Origin: an uncultured Acidobacteriota bacterium
Lineage (GTDB): Bacteria; Acidobacteriota; Thermoanaerobaculia; Gp7-AA8
Assembly (NCBI GenBank): GCA_963741955.1
Contig: CAVUKB010000010.1
Coordinates: forward strand, 160,001 to 224,000
Length of the DNA: 64,000 nucleotides
Reading direction: 5' to 3'
Both the position numbers and the translations under genes were made by a program. A model generated the notes under the pieces. That model had not been told where the DNA came from, did no database searches, and was given only the letters and a program-made list of their open reading frames with translations. Below are positions 18,269-32,984 of this stretch, piece by piece. Numbering within the stretch: position 1 is the stretch's first letter; the number at the start of each line of letters is the position of its first letter.

Positions 18269-18493
18269 ATGGAATTCGCACCCAAGCAGTGGTGGCAGAC
18301 GTGGACGGGCTTCTGGCATGAGACGAAGGCCGAGATGCGAAAGGTCACCTGGCCGAATCGCAACGAGGTGGTCGGAACAACGGGGGTCGTCCTCATCGCG
18401 ACGATCTTTTTCGGCGTATTTCTCTGGGTCTGCGATCTCGCGTTCTACCACGCGCTATCGGTTCTTTTTGGTTGGTTTGGCGCGAGCGTTTAA
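18269..18493 (+). CDS. secE: Preprotein translocase subunit SecE
   Basis: EMRKVTWP followed by one TM helix; canonical position. Confidence 0.96.
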   Translation: MEFAPKQWWQTWTGFWHETKAEMRKVTWPNRNEVVGTTGVVLIATIFFGVFLWVCDLAFYHALSVLFGWFGASV

Positions 18494-18498
18494 AAATT

Positions 18499-19068
18499 AT
18501 GGCTGAGATGCAGTGGTTCATCGTCCACACCTATTCCGGATTCGAGGAGAGGGTGAGGGAAAATCTCGAGCAGCGCATCGAGGCGCTCGGGATGCGCGAG
18601 AAGTTCGGCGAGATCCGGATCCCCACCGAGACGCTGATCGAGATGCGTGGCGGAAAGAAGCGCGAAGTGCAGCGCAAGTTCTTTCCCGGCTACATTCTCG
18701 TCCAGATGCAGATGGACGACGACGCCTGGCATCTGGTGAAGAACACGCCGAAGGTGACCGGCTTCGTCGGGACCGGGAAGAAGCCGACTCCGCTGACTCA
18801 GGAAGAGGTGGACGGAATTCTCACTCAGGTCGTTTCGACCAAAGAGAAGCCGAAACCGAAGCACGTCTACGAACATGGCGAGCACGTGCGGATCACGGAC
18901 GGACCGTTCACGAACTTCACCGGTGTGGTGGAAGAGGTCAACCTCGACCGGAACACTCTGAAGGTGATGGTCACGATCTTCGGCCGGTCGACCCCGGTCG
19001 AGCTCGACTTTCTCCAGGTCACCCGCTACGACGCCGCAGAGGAACAGACGGGCGCATCGAAGAAATGA
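18499..19068 (+). CDS. nusG: Transcription termination/antitermination factor NusG
   Basis: [26 protein letters not shown]. Confidence 0.99.
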   Translation: MAEMQWFIVHTYSGFEERVRENLEQRIEALGMREKFGEIRIPTETLIEMRGGKKREVQRKFFPGYILVQMQMDDDAWHLVKNTPKVTGFVGTGKKPTPLTQEEVDGILTQVVSTKEKPKPKHVYEHGEHVRITDGPFTNFTGVVEEVNLDRNTLKVMVTIFGRSTPVELDFLQVTRYDAAEEQTGASKK

Positions 19069-19118
19069 ATTGAAGATCCCGCGGCGAACTCGATTCGCCG
19101 CTCTGAAGGAACCGACTT

Positions 19119-19544
19119 ATGGCGAAGAAAATCACCGGATTCATCAAGCTGCAGATTCCTGCCGGCCAGGCGACCCCGGCCCCCCCGGTGGGACCGGCGC
19201 TCGGTCAGCACGGCGTGAACATCATGGAGTTCTGCAAGACCTTCAATGCACGCACCCAGAGCCAGCAGGGGCTGATCATTCCGGTCGTGATCACGGTCTT
19301 CTCCGACCGCTCGTTCACGTTCGTGACCAAGACTCCTCCTGCGGCGATTCTTCTTCTTCGGGCCGCAGGCGTGCAGAAGGGGTCGGGAACTCCGAACAAG
19401 ACGAAGGTCGCCTCGGTCACTCGCGCGCAGGTCGAGGAGATTGCGAAGACCAAGATGCCCGATCTGAATGCGGCGTCGCTCGAGACCGCGGTGAAGACGG
19501 TCGAAGGAACTGCGCGTTCGATGGGCATCGAGATCCAGGGCTGA
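19119..19544 (+). CDS. rplK: 50S ribosomal protein L11
   Basis: [22 protein letters not shown]. Confidence 0.99.
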   Translation: MAKKITGFIKLQIPAGQATPAPPVGPALGQHGVNIMEFCKTFNARTQSQQGLIIPVVITVFSDRSFTFVTKTPPAAILLLRAAGVQKGSGTPNKTKVASVTRAQVEEIAKTKMPDLNAASLETAVKTVEGTARSMGIEIQG

Positions 19545-19585
19545 ACAAAGTTCGGCGCCGCGACGATGATGCCGCGGTGCGAGAT

Positions 19586-19624
19586 CGTAGGAGACGGGAC
19601 ATCGATCCCGTCGCTCGGACTACG
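19586..19624 (+). promoter_or_regulatory. Candidate L1 autoregulatory binding site upstream of rplA
   Basis: CGTAG/CTACG outer stem, purine-rich asymmetric internal loop, GACGGGA/TCCCGTC inner stem, abutting the rplA SD. Confidence 0.55.
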
Positions 19625-19632
19625 GAGGTGAA

Positions 19633-20337
19633 ATGGCCAGACACGGCAAGAAGTATCGTGCAGCAGCCGAGAAGGTCGACGAGCGGCCGTACCAGTTGGA
19701 GGAGGCGTTCGATCTGCTCAAACAGATCGGGTTCGCCAAATTCAACGAGACGGTCGAGCTGTCGATGAGACTCGGCGTCAACCCGAAGCACGCGGATCAG
19801 ATGGTTCGCGGCACGACCGTGCTCCCGCACGGCACCGGCCAGACCAAGCGCGTGCTCGTCATTGCCTCGGGGGATAAAGTCCGCGAGGCCGAGGAAGCCG
19901 GAGCCGACATGACCGGCGGGGACGACATGGTCGAAAAGATCCAGGGTGGCTGGGTCGACTTCGATGCGGTGATCGCCACGCCGGACATGATGAAATCGGT
20001 CGGCCGGCTCGGAAAGGTGCTCGGTCCCCGCGGCCTGATGCCCAATCCGAAGACCGGAACCGTCACGTTCGATGTGACGAAAGCCGTCCAGGAGATCAAG
20101 GCCGGCAAGGTCGAGTTCCGCGTCGACAAGACCGCCATCATCCACGTTCCCGTGGGAAAGCTTTCCTTCTCACCCCAGCAGTTGAGTGAGAATGCGGAAG
20201 CCCTGATCCAGGCGGTGCGGAAGGCCAAGCCATCCGCGGCCAAAGGCAAGTACGTCCACTCGATCTACGTCGGCTCGACCATGAGCCCTTCCATTCAGAT
20301 CGATTCGGCCGCGGCCGAGCTTCAGGCGGCCGAGTAG
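19633..20337 (+). CDS. rplA: 50S ribosomal protein L1
   Basis: [22 protein letters not shown]. Confidence 0.99.
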   Translation: MARHGKKYRAAAEKVDERPYQLEEAFDLLKQIGFAKFNETVELSMRLGVNPKHADQMVRGTTVLPHGTGQTKRVLVIASGDKVREAEEAGADMTGGDDMVEKIQGGWVDFDAVIATPDMMKSVGRLGKVLGPRGLMPNPKTGTVTFDVTKAVQEIKAGKVEFRVDKTAIIHVPVGKLSFSPQQLSENAEALIQAVRKAKPSAAKGKYVHSIYVGSTMSPSIQIDSAAAELQAAE

Positions 20338-20346
20338 GAGGGGACC

Positions 20347-20883
20347 ATGAATCGCGACGAGAAGACTCAGTTCATCGAACAGATGCGCAACGGGGTCGGC
20401 GGTGCGACGAGCGCCTTCCTGATCCAGTTCAGGGGCATCAAGGTCCCCGAAGTCACCGAGCTTCGACGGCAGATCCGCGACACCGGATCCGACTACATCG
20501 TGGTGAAGAACACCCTCGCCATGATCGCGCTCAAGGATTCGCCGCTGATCGAGCTGCGCGAACAGTTCAAGGGTGAAACGGCGGTCGCGTACACCACGGG
20601 AGATGCCGTGGCGCTCGCGAAAGCAATCACCAAATTCGCCAAGGACGTCCCGGCAGTCACGTTCAAAGGGGCGATGCTCGACAGCCAGATCGTTCCGACC
20701 GAGCAGATCGACCAGATCGCGAACCTCCCCTCGAGGGAAGAACTGGTCTCCAGGCTTCTCTATCTGCTCCAGTCGCCGATCCGGAACCTCGTGACGTTGC
20801 TCTCCGCAAACCAGAGAAATCTCGCAATAGTGCTCGACCAGATCGCCAAGACGCGTTCGGGCTCTGCTGCGGAACAGGGTTGA
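20347..20883 (+). CDS. rplJ: 50S ribosomal protein L10
   Basis: VVKNTL, LPSREEL; canonical position. Confidence 0.97.
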   Translation: MNRDEKTQFIEQMRNGVGGATSAFLIQFRGIKVPEVTELRRQIRDTGSDYIVVKNTLAMIALKDSPLIELREQFKGETAVAYTTGDAVALAKAITKFAKDVPAVTFKGAMLDSQIVPTEQIDQIANLPSREELVSRLLYLLQSPIRNLVTLLSANQRNLAIVLDQIAKTRSGSAAEQG

Positions 20884-20920
20884 TTGAAAGTTACCAACAT
20901 CGAATTGGAGGCTGAACGCA

Positions 20921-21301
20921 ATGGCTATTTCCACGGAAGAATTCGTCAAAAATATTGAAGAGATGTCGGTCCTCGACCTGAACAACCTGGTCAAGGCCCT
21001 CGAAGACCACTTTGGAGTTTCCGCTGCTGCCGCGACGGTTGCCATGCCGGCCGCCGGCGCTGCCGCCGCTGCCGCCCCGGTCGAAGAGCAGACCGAGTTC
21101 ACGGTCGTTCTCACCGAGGTGGGCGACAAGAAGATCAACGTCATCAAGGCGGTCCGCGAAGTGACCAGCCTCGGCCTGAAGGAGGCCAAGGACCTGGTCG
21201 AGGGCGCTCCGGCCACCATCAAGGAAGGCGTGTCGAAGGACGAGGCCGAGAGTATCAAGAAGAAATTCGAAGAGGCCGGCGCCAAAGTCAACGTCAAGTA
21301 G
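20921..21301 (+). CDS. rplL: 50S ribosomal protein L7/L12
   Basis: Ala hinge, [21 protein letters not shown]. Confidence 0.99.
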   Translation: MAISTEEFVKNIEEMSVLDLNNLVKALEDHFGVSAAAATVAMPAAGAAAAAAPVEEQTEFTVVLTEVGDKKINVIKAVREVTSLGLKEAKDLVEGAPATIKEGVSKDEAESIKKKFEEAGAKVNVK

Positions 21302-21317
21302 CTGCTTTTTATCGAAC

Positions 21318-21350
21318 GGCGGGGGCCGCTTGCGCGGCCGCCCGCCTTTT
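21318..21350 (+). terminator. Terminator/attenuator after rplL
   Basis: GGCGGGGGCCGC-ttgc-GCGGCCGCCCGCC then TTTT. Confidence 0.65.
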
Positions 21351-21650
21351 CCGTCCCTGGGAATATACGGGCTTCGGCCCCGGTAATGTCCTATGTCGGA
21401 CAGAATTTTGCATCCCACGGACGATTCGTACGCACGAATTGCTGCTGCTGCGACAAAAATTGCGAGCCTGGAAAGGGGGGGAGCGGCCCTTTCCCGAAGG
21501 CTCAGCGACCCGCGAACCTCTGCGCCGCGACGCCTGCGGCCAACCTCGCAACAATCCTGGTTCAGCCGGAGCTTTTCCGGTCAACTCTTCTTCAGAGGCA
21601 CGGGTGAATAGGCCTGTGTCGTCGACACTCATCGTAAGGAGCGTCTGCAC

Positions 21651-24600
21651 ATGAATGGATCCCTGCCGAAACAGGAGCCGGTTCGTCACGACTTCTCCAA
21701 AATCCGCAGCTACATGTCGTTGCCCAACCTCATCGACGTACAGCGGAAGTCGTACGAGCGGTTCCTGCAGATGAATCTGCTCCCCGAGGAGCGCGAAGAC
21801 GCCGGTCTGCAGTCAGTCTTTACGAGCGTTTTCCCGTTCTCCGATTTCCGGGAGACCTGCTCGCTCGACTTCGTCAAGTTCTCGATCGGGAACTGGGAGT
21901 GCAAGTGCGGCCAGCTCAAGGGGCTCGAGCACCTGCGCATGACCTGTGCGAACTGCGGAGCCAAGATCATCACCGAGCATCCTCACGAGGAGACCGTCGG
22001 CTGCCAGAAGTGCGGCGTGATCAACAAGAATCGGGTCGAGATCTGCGATATCTGCGGAAACCCGGTCGATCTGCAGATGAAGTACTCCGTCGAGGAGTGC
22101 CAGGAGCGAGGGATGACTTACAGCGTTCCGCTGAAGGTCACCTTCCGGCTCTACGTCTACGACAAGGATCCCGAGACCGGCGTCAAGCACATGCGCGACG
22201 CGAAGGAAGAGGAGGTCTTCTTCGGCGAGATCCCTCTGATGACCGACAACGGGACCTTCATCATCAACGGAACCGAGCGGGTCATCGTCTCCCAGCTGCA
22301 CCGCTCGCCGGGTGTCTTCTTCACCCGTGAGAGTGCGCACACGTTCCTCGCCAAGATCATTCCGTACCGCGGCTCCTGGGTCGAGTTCGAGTACGACCAG
22401 AAGAACATCCTGTACGTCAGAATCGACCGGAAGCGGAAGTTTCTCGGCTCGGTCTTCCTTCGCGCGCTCGGATTGACCACGGACGAAGAGATTCTCCGGC
22501 AGTTCTACACTCCGATCCGGCTGAAGGTGCCGACCTCCGGCGAGACCGTCGAGCTCACGTTCGACCGGCGGGTTCTCGATCAGGAGGAGGCGAAGGAGAA
22601 GCACTCCATCCGCGGCCGCCGCGAGATCCGTCCGATCTTCGCCGGGCTGAAGCTCGACAGGAAGATGTCGGACGCGCTCACCAAGAACGGTGAACACACC
22701 GCGAAGGTCGACTTCAGCGCGCTCGACAAGGCGGTCTTTCTCACCGACGTGGTCGACGTCAACAGCGGTGAGGTCCTCTTCGAATCCGGCGACAGCGTCT
22801 CGGCGGATTGGGTCGACGTTCTCCGCCAGCACGAAGTCTCGGAAGCGGAAGTGATCTTCCCCGAGTGGGACCTGGTCAGCGACATTCTTCTCAACACGGT
22901 CCGGAAGGACACCAGCAAGAGCTTCGAGGCGGCGATCATCGAGATCTATCGACGGATGCGTCCTGGTGATCCTCCCACCCTCGAATCGGCCAAGGCGCTC
23001 TTCGAAGGGATGTTCTTCGATCCGCGGAAGTACGACTTCTCGCGCGTCGGCCGTTTCAAGTTCAACATCAAGCTGGATCTCGAGACTCCGGTGACCCAGA
23101 AGACGATGACCGCGGACGACTTTTTCGTGGTCATCAACTATCTCCTTCGTCTCCGCAAGGACGTCGGCCGGGTGGATGACATCGACAACCTCGGCAACCG
23201 CCGGGTCCGCGCAGTCGGAGAGCTTCTCGAGAACCAGTTCCGGATCGGTCTGGTCCGGATGGAGCGCGCGATCAAGGAGAAGATGTCGGTCCATCAGGAC
23301 ATCGACTCGGCGATGCCTCACGACCTGATCAATTCCAAGCCGGTCATCGCGGCGATCAAGGAGTTCTTCGGGTCCTCCCAGCTCTCGCAGTTCATGGATC
23401 AGACGAATCCGCTCTCCGAGGTCACTCACAAGCGGCGCCTTTCGGCACTCGGACCGGGAGGCCTCTCCCGCGAGCGGGCTGGATTCGAAGTCCGCGACGT
23501 CCATCCGACCCACTACGGTCGAATCTGTCCGATCGAGACACCGGAAGGTCCGAACATCGGTCTGATCTCCTCGCTTGCGTGCTACGCACGGATCAACGAG
23601 TACGGATTCATCGAGTCGCCCTACAAGAAAGTGGAAGGCGGGCGGGTTCTCGATCACTACCGGATCATCAAAGTGGGGGATACGAACTTCCAGCTCGGGC
23701 AGATCGTCGAGAAGCGCGATCTGCAGAAAGAGAACAACCGGATCGCCAAGCTGAACGCGGAAGCGAGCTCGAAGAAGGCGGGCTATCAGCCGGCCGAAGC
23801 CGAGCCGTACGCGTTCTATCTCTCCGCGTGGGATGAAGAGCGGTACACCATCGCCCAGGCGAACGCGGTCACCGACGAAGACGGCAACCTGGTCCACGAT
23901 CGGGTCATCGCTCGGCAGGGAGGCGACTTCGTCTCCATCGAGCGCGAGAAGGTCGACTTCATCGACATCTCGCCGAAGCAGCTCGTCTCGGTCGCGGCAT
24001 CGCTGGTTCCGTTCCTCGAGAACGACGATGCGAACCGTGCACTGATGGGAGCGAACATGCAGCGCCAGTCCGTACCGCTGCTCCGTACCGAATCGCCGCT
24101 GGTCGGCACCGGCATGGAGAATGTGGTTGCCCGCGATTCGGGCGCCGTGGTGGTCTGCAAGCGCGGTGGCGTGGTCGATCTGGTGGACTCGAACCGGATC
24201 ATCGTCCGGGTCGAAGCCGAAGACGTCGAGACCGGCGAGACCAAAGAGTTCGGCGCCGACATCTATCAGCTGATCAAGTTCAAGCGTTCGAACCAGAACA
24301 CCTGCATCACCCAGAAGCCGGTCGTTCGCGAAGGACAGCGGGTCCGCAAGGGGCAGGTGCTCGCCGACGGGCCGTGCACCGACTCCGGAGAGCTCGCTCT
24401 CGGACGGAACATCCTCGTCGCGTTCATGCCGTGGCGCGGGAACAACTTCGAGGACGCGATCCTCGTCTCCGAGAAGCTGGTGAAGGAGGACTACTACACC
24501 TCCATTCACATCGAGGAGTTCGAGATCGAGGCCCGGGACACGAAGCTGGGACCGGAAGAGATCACCCGGGACATCCCGAACGTCTCGGAAGCCGCACTGC

Positions 24601-25937
24601 GCGACCTCGACGAATCCGGCATCATCCGGATCGGCGCGACGGTCAAACAGGGCGACATCCTGGTCGGAAAGGTCACGCCGAAGGGCGAGACCCAGCTGAC
24701 TCCGGAAGAGAAACTCCTCCGAGCGATCTTCGGTGAAAAGGCCGGCGACGTCCGTGACGCATCCCTGAAGACGCCTCCGGGCATCGAAGGGACGATCGTC
24801 GACGTGAAGATCTTCTCGCGCAAGGGCGTCGAGAAGGATGCCCGCGCGAAAGCGATCGAAGAAGGCGAGATCGAGCGGATGAACCGGAACATCCAGGACG
24901 AGATCCGGATCATCAACGACGCCCGCAACAAGAAGATCTCCGAAATTCTCGCCGACTACAAACTGCAGCGCGACCTGATCGACTTCCGTTCGGGCGAGAC
25001 GCTGGTCGCGAAGGGCGAGATGGTCGGACGCGACACGGTCTCGAAGCTCTCGCGCCGCGAGCTCCTCGCGATTCCGGTCGACGACGAAGCCCGCGAGACG
25101 GTGAGAATGTTCGTCGAGCGCGCCGAGAACCGGATCCGGGTTCTGGAACAGAAAGCCGAAGAGCGGCGCGAAGACCTGCAGAAGGGCGACGAGCTCGCCC
25201 CCGGCGTGATCAAGCTGGTCAAGGTCTACGTCGCCATGAAGCGAAAGCTCTCGGTCGGGGACAAGATGGCGGGACGCCACGGAAACAAGGGCGTCATCTC
25301 CAGGATCCTGCCGGAAGAAGACATGCCGTACCTGCCGGACGGGACGCCGGTAGAGATCGTTCTCAACCCGCTCGGTGTTCCGTCCCGAATGAACGTCGGA
25401 CAGATCCTCGAGACCCATCTCGGATGGGCGGCGAGGATTCTGGGTCTGCACTTCTCGACTCCTGTATTCGACGGGGCGACGGAGACGGAGATCAAGACGC
25501 AGCTTCGCGCTTCGGGTCTCCCGGACGGCGGAAAGACGCAGCTGTGTGACGGAATGACCGGCGAGCCCTTCGAACAGAAGGTGACCGTCGGCTTCATCTA
25601 CATGCTGAAGCTCTCGCATCTGGTCGACGACAAGATCCACGCGCGCTCGATCGGACCGTACTCGCTGATCACCCAGCAGCCGCTCGGTGGAAAGGCGCAG
25701 TTCGGAGGTCAGCGATTCGGTGAGATGGAAGTGTGGGCGCTCGAAGCATACGGGGCGGCGTATACCCTGCAGGAGCTCCTCACCGTCAAGTCTGACGACG
25801 TGGAAGGTCGCTCGAAGGTGTACGAGGCGATCGTCAAGGGCGACGTGCCGGAGGATCCGGGTCTTCCCGAGTCGTTCAACGTCCTCGTTCGCGAGCTGCA
25901 GTCGCTCTGTCTGGACGTCGAGCTGTTGAAAGAATAG
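21651..25937 (+). CDS. rpoB: RNA polymerase beta subunit
   Basis: [35 protein letters not shown]. Confidence 0.99.
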   Translation: MNGSLPKQEPVRHDFSKIRSYMSLPNLIDVQRKSYERFLQMNLLPEEREDAGLQSVFTSVFPFSDFRETCSLDFVKFSIGNWECKCGQLKGLEHLRMTCANCGAKIITEHPHEETVGCQKCGVINKNRVEICDICGNPVDLQMKYSVEECQERGMTYSVPLKVTFRLYVYDKDPETGVKHMRDAKEEEVFFGEIPLMTDNGTFIINGTERVIVSQLHRSPGVFFTRESAHTFLAKIIPYRGSWVEFEYDQKNILYVRIDRKRKFLGSVFLRALGLTTDEEILRQFYTPIRLKVPTSGETVELTFDRRVLDQEEAKEKHSIRGRREIRPIFAGLKLDRKMSDALTKNGEHTAKVDFSALDKAVFLTDVVDVNSGEVLFESGDSVSADWVDVLRQHEVSEAEVIFPEWDLVSDILLNTVRKDTSKSFEAAIIEIYRRMRPGDPPTLESAKALFEGMFFDPRKYDFSRVGRFKFNIKLDLETPVTQKTMTADDFFVVINYLLRLRKDVGRVDDIDNLGNRRVRAVGELLENQFRIGLVRMERAIKEKMSVHQDIDSAMPHDLINSKPVIAAIKEFFGSSQLSQFMDQTNPLSEVTHKRRLSALGPGGLSRERAGFEVRDVHPTHYGRICPIETPEGPNIGLISSLACYARINEYGFIESPYKKVEGGRVLDHYRIIKVGDTNFQLGQIVEKRDLQKENNRIAKLNAEASSKKAGYQPAEAEPYAFYLSAWDEERYTIAQANAVTDEDGNLVHDRVIARQGGDFVSIEREKVDFIDISPKQLVSVAASLVPFLENDDANRALMGANMQRQSVPLLRTESPLVGTGMENVVARDSGAVVVCKRGGVVDLVDSNRIIVRVEAEDVETGETKEFGADIYQLIKFKRSNQNTCITQKPVVREGQRVRKGQVLADGPCTDSGELALGRNILVAFMPWRGNNFEDAILVSEKLVKEDYYTSIHIEEFEIEARDTKLGPEEITRDIPNVSEAALRDLDESGIIRIGATVKQGDILVGKVTPKGETQLTPEEKLLRAIFGEKAGDVRDASLKTPPGIEGTIVDVKIFSRKGVEKDARAKAIEEGEIERMNRNIQDEIRIINDARNKKISEILADYKLQRDLIDFRSGETLVAKGEMVGRDTVSKLSRRELLAIPVDDEARETVRMFVERAENRIRVLEQKAEERREDLQKGDELAPGVIKLVKVYVAMKRKLSVGDKMAGRHGNKGVISRILPEEDMPYLPDGTPVEIVLNPLGVPSRMNVGQILETHLGWAARILGLHFSTPVFDGATETEIKTQLRASGLPDGGKTQLCDGMTGEPFEQKVTVGFIYMLKLSHLVDDKIHARSIGPYSLITQQPLGGKAQFGGQRFGEMEVWALEAYGAAYTLQELLTVKSDDVEGRSKVYEAIVKGDVPEDPGLPESFNVLVRELQSLCLDVELLKE

Positions 25938-26022
25938 CCGGGAGAGAGGTGGCGTCGGGCCAGCCCGGCGCTACGCCGCCAGATCTGGAAAAGTGGAACC
26001 GAACTCCGAAAGGGAGGCCAAA

Positions 26023-30201
<4,179 letters not shown>

Positions 30202-30227
30202 GAGTATCCGATCCACACTGACAATCG

Positions 30228-30258
30228 ACGGGCGGCCGCAAGGCCGCCCGTTCTTTTT
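30228..30258 (+). terminator. Intrinsic terminator after rpoC
   Basis: ACGGGCGGCC-gcaa-GGCCGCCCGT then TCTTTTT. Confidence 0.88.
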
Positions 30259-30396
30259 GGCGTTACAATCGCTCGATCGATTCAGAGTCGGGCGGGATGT
30301 GACGCTGAATCTCGTTCGCCGGAAACGGGAGGCTCGCACCCGTTGAGTCATGTCGCTCGCATTCGCGGCGGCGCGACCGACAATGATCGAGCGATC

Positions 30397-31128
30397 ATGA
30401 CCTCGGGACACACGGCGCACTCATCCGATCACCTCGCTGCGCTCCTCAGCGGCGAGACGAAGGTGTTCGTCGTCGTACCTGCGTTCAACGAAACGAACGC
30501 CATCGACGCGGTGGTCACGGCGCTGAAGCATTTTCCGGTGACGGTGGTGGTGGTGGACGACGGATCCTCTGACGGAACCGGCGCGACCGCTTCTGTGGCG
30601 GGCGCAGTGGTAGTCCGGCACGCGATCAACCGTGGCCAGGGAGCGGCACTCCAGACCGGGATCGAATTCAGTCTCCGGGAGGGGGCAGCTTACGTCGTGA
30701 CCTTCGATAGTGATGGACAACATCGAGCGGAAGACGTTCCACGGCTCCTCGAGCCGTTGCTCGATGGAGTCGCCGACGTGGCTCTCGGATCGAGGTTCCT
30801 CGGCAGGGCCGTAGGAATTCCTCCCCGGAGGCGGGGGCTCCTCCGCGCGGCGGTACTCTTCACGCGCCTTGCCTCCGGTCTGCCGGTCACGGACACGCAC
30901 AACGGGCTCCGTGCGTTCACGCGCGCCGCGGCGGAACGAATCGATATCCGTCTGGACGGAATGGCGCATGCCAGCGAGCTGCTCGATCAGATCCGAGCAG
31001 GGAGGTTTCGCTTCATCGAGGTTCCGGTCGAGATTCGATACAGTGATTACTCGACGAGGAAGGGACAGCGCGACTGGTCGGCGGTTCGAATCGTCTTCGA
31101 GTACTTCCTGGGGCGGTGGTTGCGATGA
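30397..31128 (+). CDS. GT2 polyprenyl-phosphate sugar synthase (PpgS/GacI/DPM1-like)
   Basis: VPAFNE, VVDDGSSD, NRGQGAALQTG, FDSDGQH, GSRF, TDTHNGLRAF; no C-terminal TM pair. Confidence 0.9.
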   Translation: MTSGHTAHSSDHLAALLSGETKVFVVVPAFNETNAIDAVVTALKHFPVTVVVVDDGSSDGTGATASVAGAVVVRHAINRGQGAALQTGIEFSLREGAAYVVTFDSDGQHRAEDVPRLLEPLLDGVADVALGSRFLGRAVGIPPRRRGLLRAAVLFTRLASGLPVTDTHNGLRAFTRAAAERIDIRLDGMAHASELLDQIRAGRFRFIEVPVEIRYSDYSTRKGQRDWSAVRIVFEYFLGRWLR

Positions 31129-31535
31129 CACTTTTTCAATGGATCGGTCTTCCCGTGACGGCGATGCTGTTCGTCTTCACGATCGTCGTAGTTGCCAGAC
31201 GGAGGATGAGCCCCCGAGTCGGCCTCGCATGGTCGCTCCTCTGGATTGCGGCCGCGACGGCGATCGCGCAGCCCGAGATCACGGTGGTGATCGCTCATCT
31301 TCTCGGTATCGGACGCGGGACGGATCTGGTGTTCTATCTCGCGATTCTCGCGACGCTCTTCGGCTTTTTCGCCCTCTATCTCCGCATGCGGAAGGTCGAA
31401 ACGGAGATTACCCGCCTGGTTCGGCATCTTGCCCTGCGCGATGCTGCGTCCGATGATTGGCGGAACGACGACGCAACGGGCGCTCCCCGCGACATCGACC
31501 CCGGAGCCCCGACTACAGCGTCGCGCCATTCCTGA
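31125..31535 (+). CDS. DUF2304-like small membrane protein
   Basis: Three TM segments, LGIGRGTDLVFY, C-terminal EITRLVRHLAL; ATGA overlap with the GT2 gene. Confidence 0.85.
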   Translation: MTLFQWIGLPVTAMLFVFTIVVVARRRMSPRVGLAWSLLWIAAATAIAQPEITVVIAHLLGIGRGTDLVFYLAILATLFGFFALYLRMRKVETEITRLVRHLALRDAASDDWRNDDATGAPRDIDPGAPTTASRHS

Positions 31536-31580
31536 TCCCTTCCAGCGGGATCGGCGATCACCGGACGAACGCGGTCCGGA

Positions 31581-32984
31581 TCAAGCCGGATAATAGCGCT
31601 GGAGCAGCGCGACGATCGCGGCGCCCAGCGGAATCATGGCGAGCACCAGACCGGCCTGGATCGCGTGCTGTTTCCAGGCGACGCCATTACGCCAGGTGAC
31701 GGACATCATCAACAGGGGGACGAGGGGGAGGAAGTATCTTCCTTGAATTCCCAGGACGTAGTTCGCACCGACCGGATTCCAGAGCACGTACGCAGCGACG
31801 AAAATCACCGCGGCCGACGATAGCCAGCTTGCTGCCAGGGTGAGACGTTCCGAGGAGCGCAACCGCAGGGTCCCAGCGGCCGCGAAGGGAGCGATTCCAG
31901 TGAGAAGGACTCCGCTCAGGCCGTTCGCCCACAACGGCAGCGGCGTATCCAGCCAACCGAGCACGCCGGTGAACTCCCTCAGCTGGACAGTACCGCCGAT
32001 GCTGACCAGCCACCCCAGCGAGGCGAAGGCGTGACGAGGGGCGGTCAACATCGTTCGTAACTGCAGGAAGGGGGAGATGTGAGCCTCGGGAGCCGCGGCG
32101 GTCAGGTCCGATCTGGCCAGGAGCACGAAAATACTCACTCCGATCATCGTGACAGCACCGATCAGCGTGAAGACGGTCGACCGCTTCCAGCGAACGGTGA
32201 ATGCGGCGGGTGGAAGGAGGACGAGTGCTCCGACCAAAGGGACGTAATGGATGCGCTCCGATCCGATCAGGAACGCGAGGAGTCCCAGAGCCAGAACGTC
32301 GGTTCGCGAGATGGCAATGGCGTTCTCTCGAATTCTCAGGATCAAGGCCAGAAAGAGGAAAGCCGATCCAATGATGATTCCGTCGGGGCCGGTGGACGAC
32401 AAGAGATAGGAAGTCATCGGCAGGAGCGCGACGAACGCGAACAGCCACCGGCCACTTCGACTGATCTCCATCGCCAGGAAGATCAACGACGAAGCGATGA
32501 GCAGATTCGCAAGTCGTGCGACGTAGAAAATCACGAATACGGGGGGGGTGAACAGACGCGCAATGGCGATGGCCAGGGATTGGGGAATGTAGGCGAAGGG
32601 GGCGATCGAGACCGCGCTGGACACGATCGGGTCCGATCGAACCGGCCCTGGCGTCGGAACGAAGACGTCAAGGCTCGACGGCGCCGAAACTGAGAGGGCG
32701 AGGTTGCACTGATCGTACGAGAGCTTTCGGTCCCGATGAGTCGGAATGCCATCCGTCATGAGGCGTGCGAAGCGGAGCACCTCGATAGGTACCCGTTCCC
32801 CCCTTACGCCATCGCGAACCGTCCCGGAAAATCGGCCTCGCGAAATCGCGTACGCATGGAAGAAATGAGCAGGTTCGTCGGGAGCTTCGAAGGGGGGATT
32901 GAGTAGACAGAAGGTGAGTGCGCTGAGGAGGATGAGAGCCTGCGCAAAACGAAGAGTGATCCGTGATCGTTCGTCCGGATTCAT
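31581..32984 (-). CDS. DUF2142-like GT-C membrane glycosyltransferase
   Basis: PPFEAPDEPAHF, YIPQ, ARLANL, GWLDT, GIQGRYFLP; about 10 TM segments. Confidence 0.82.
   Translation of the reverse strand: MNPDERSRITLRFAQALILLSALTFCLLNPPFEAPDEPAHFFHAYAISRGRFSGTVRDGVRGERVPIEVLRFARLMTDGIPTHRDRKLSYDQCNLALSVSAPSSLDVFVPTPGPVRSDPIVSSAVSIAPFAYIPQSLAIAIARLFTPPVFVIFYVARLANLLIASSLIFLAMEISRSGRWLFAFVALLPMTSYLLSSTGPDGIIIGSAFLFLALILRIRENAIAISRTDVLALGLLAFLIGSERIHYVPLVGALVLLPPAAFTVRWKRSTVFTLIGAVTMIGVSIFVLLARSDLTAAAPEAHISPFLQLRTMLTAPRHAFASLGWLVSIGGTVQLREFTGVLGWLDTPLPLWANGLSGVLLTGIAPFAAAGTLRLRSSERLTLAASWLSSAAVIFVAAYVLWNPVGANYVLGIQGRYFLPLVPLLMMSVTWRNGVAWKQHAIQAGLVLAMIPLGAAIVALLQRYYPA

Noticed and set aside
21813-25640. 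1275-aa antisense ORF over rpoB
   Set aside because: Codon-aligned mirror of a highly biased GC-rich gene that avoids TTA/CTA/TCA, so antisense stops are missing; no recognisable protein motifs.
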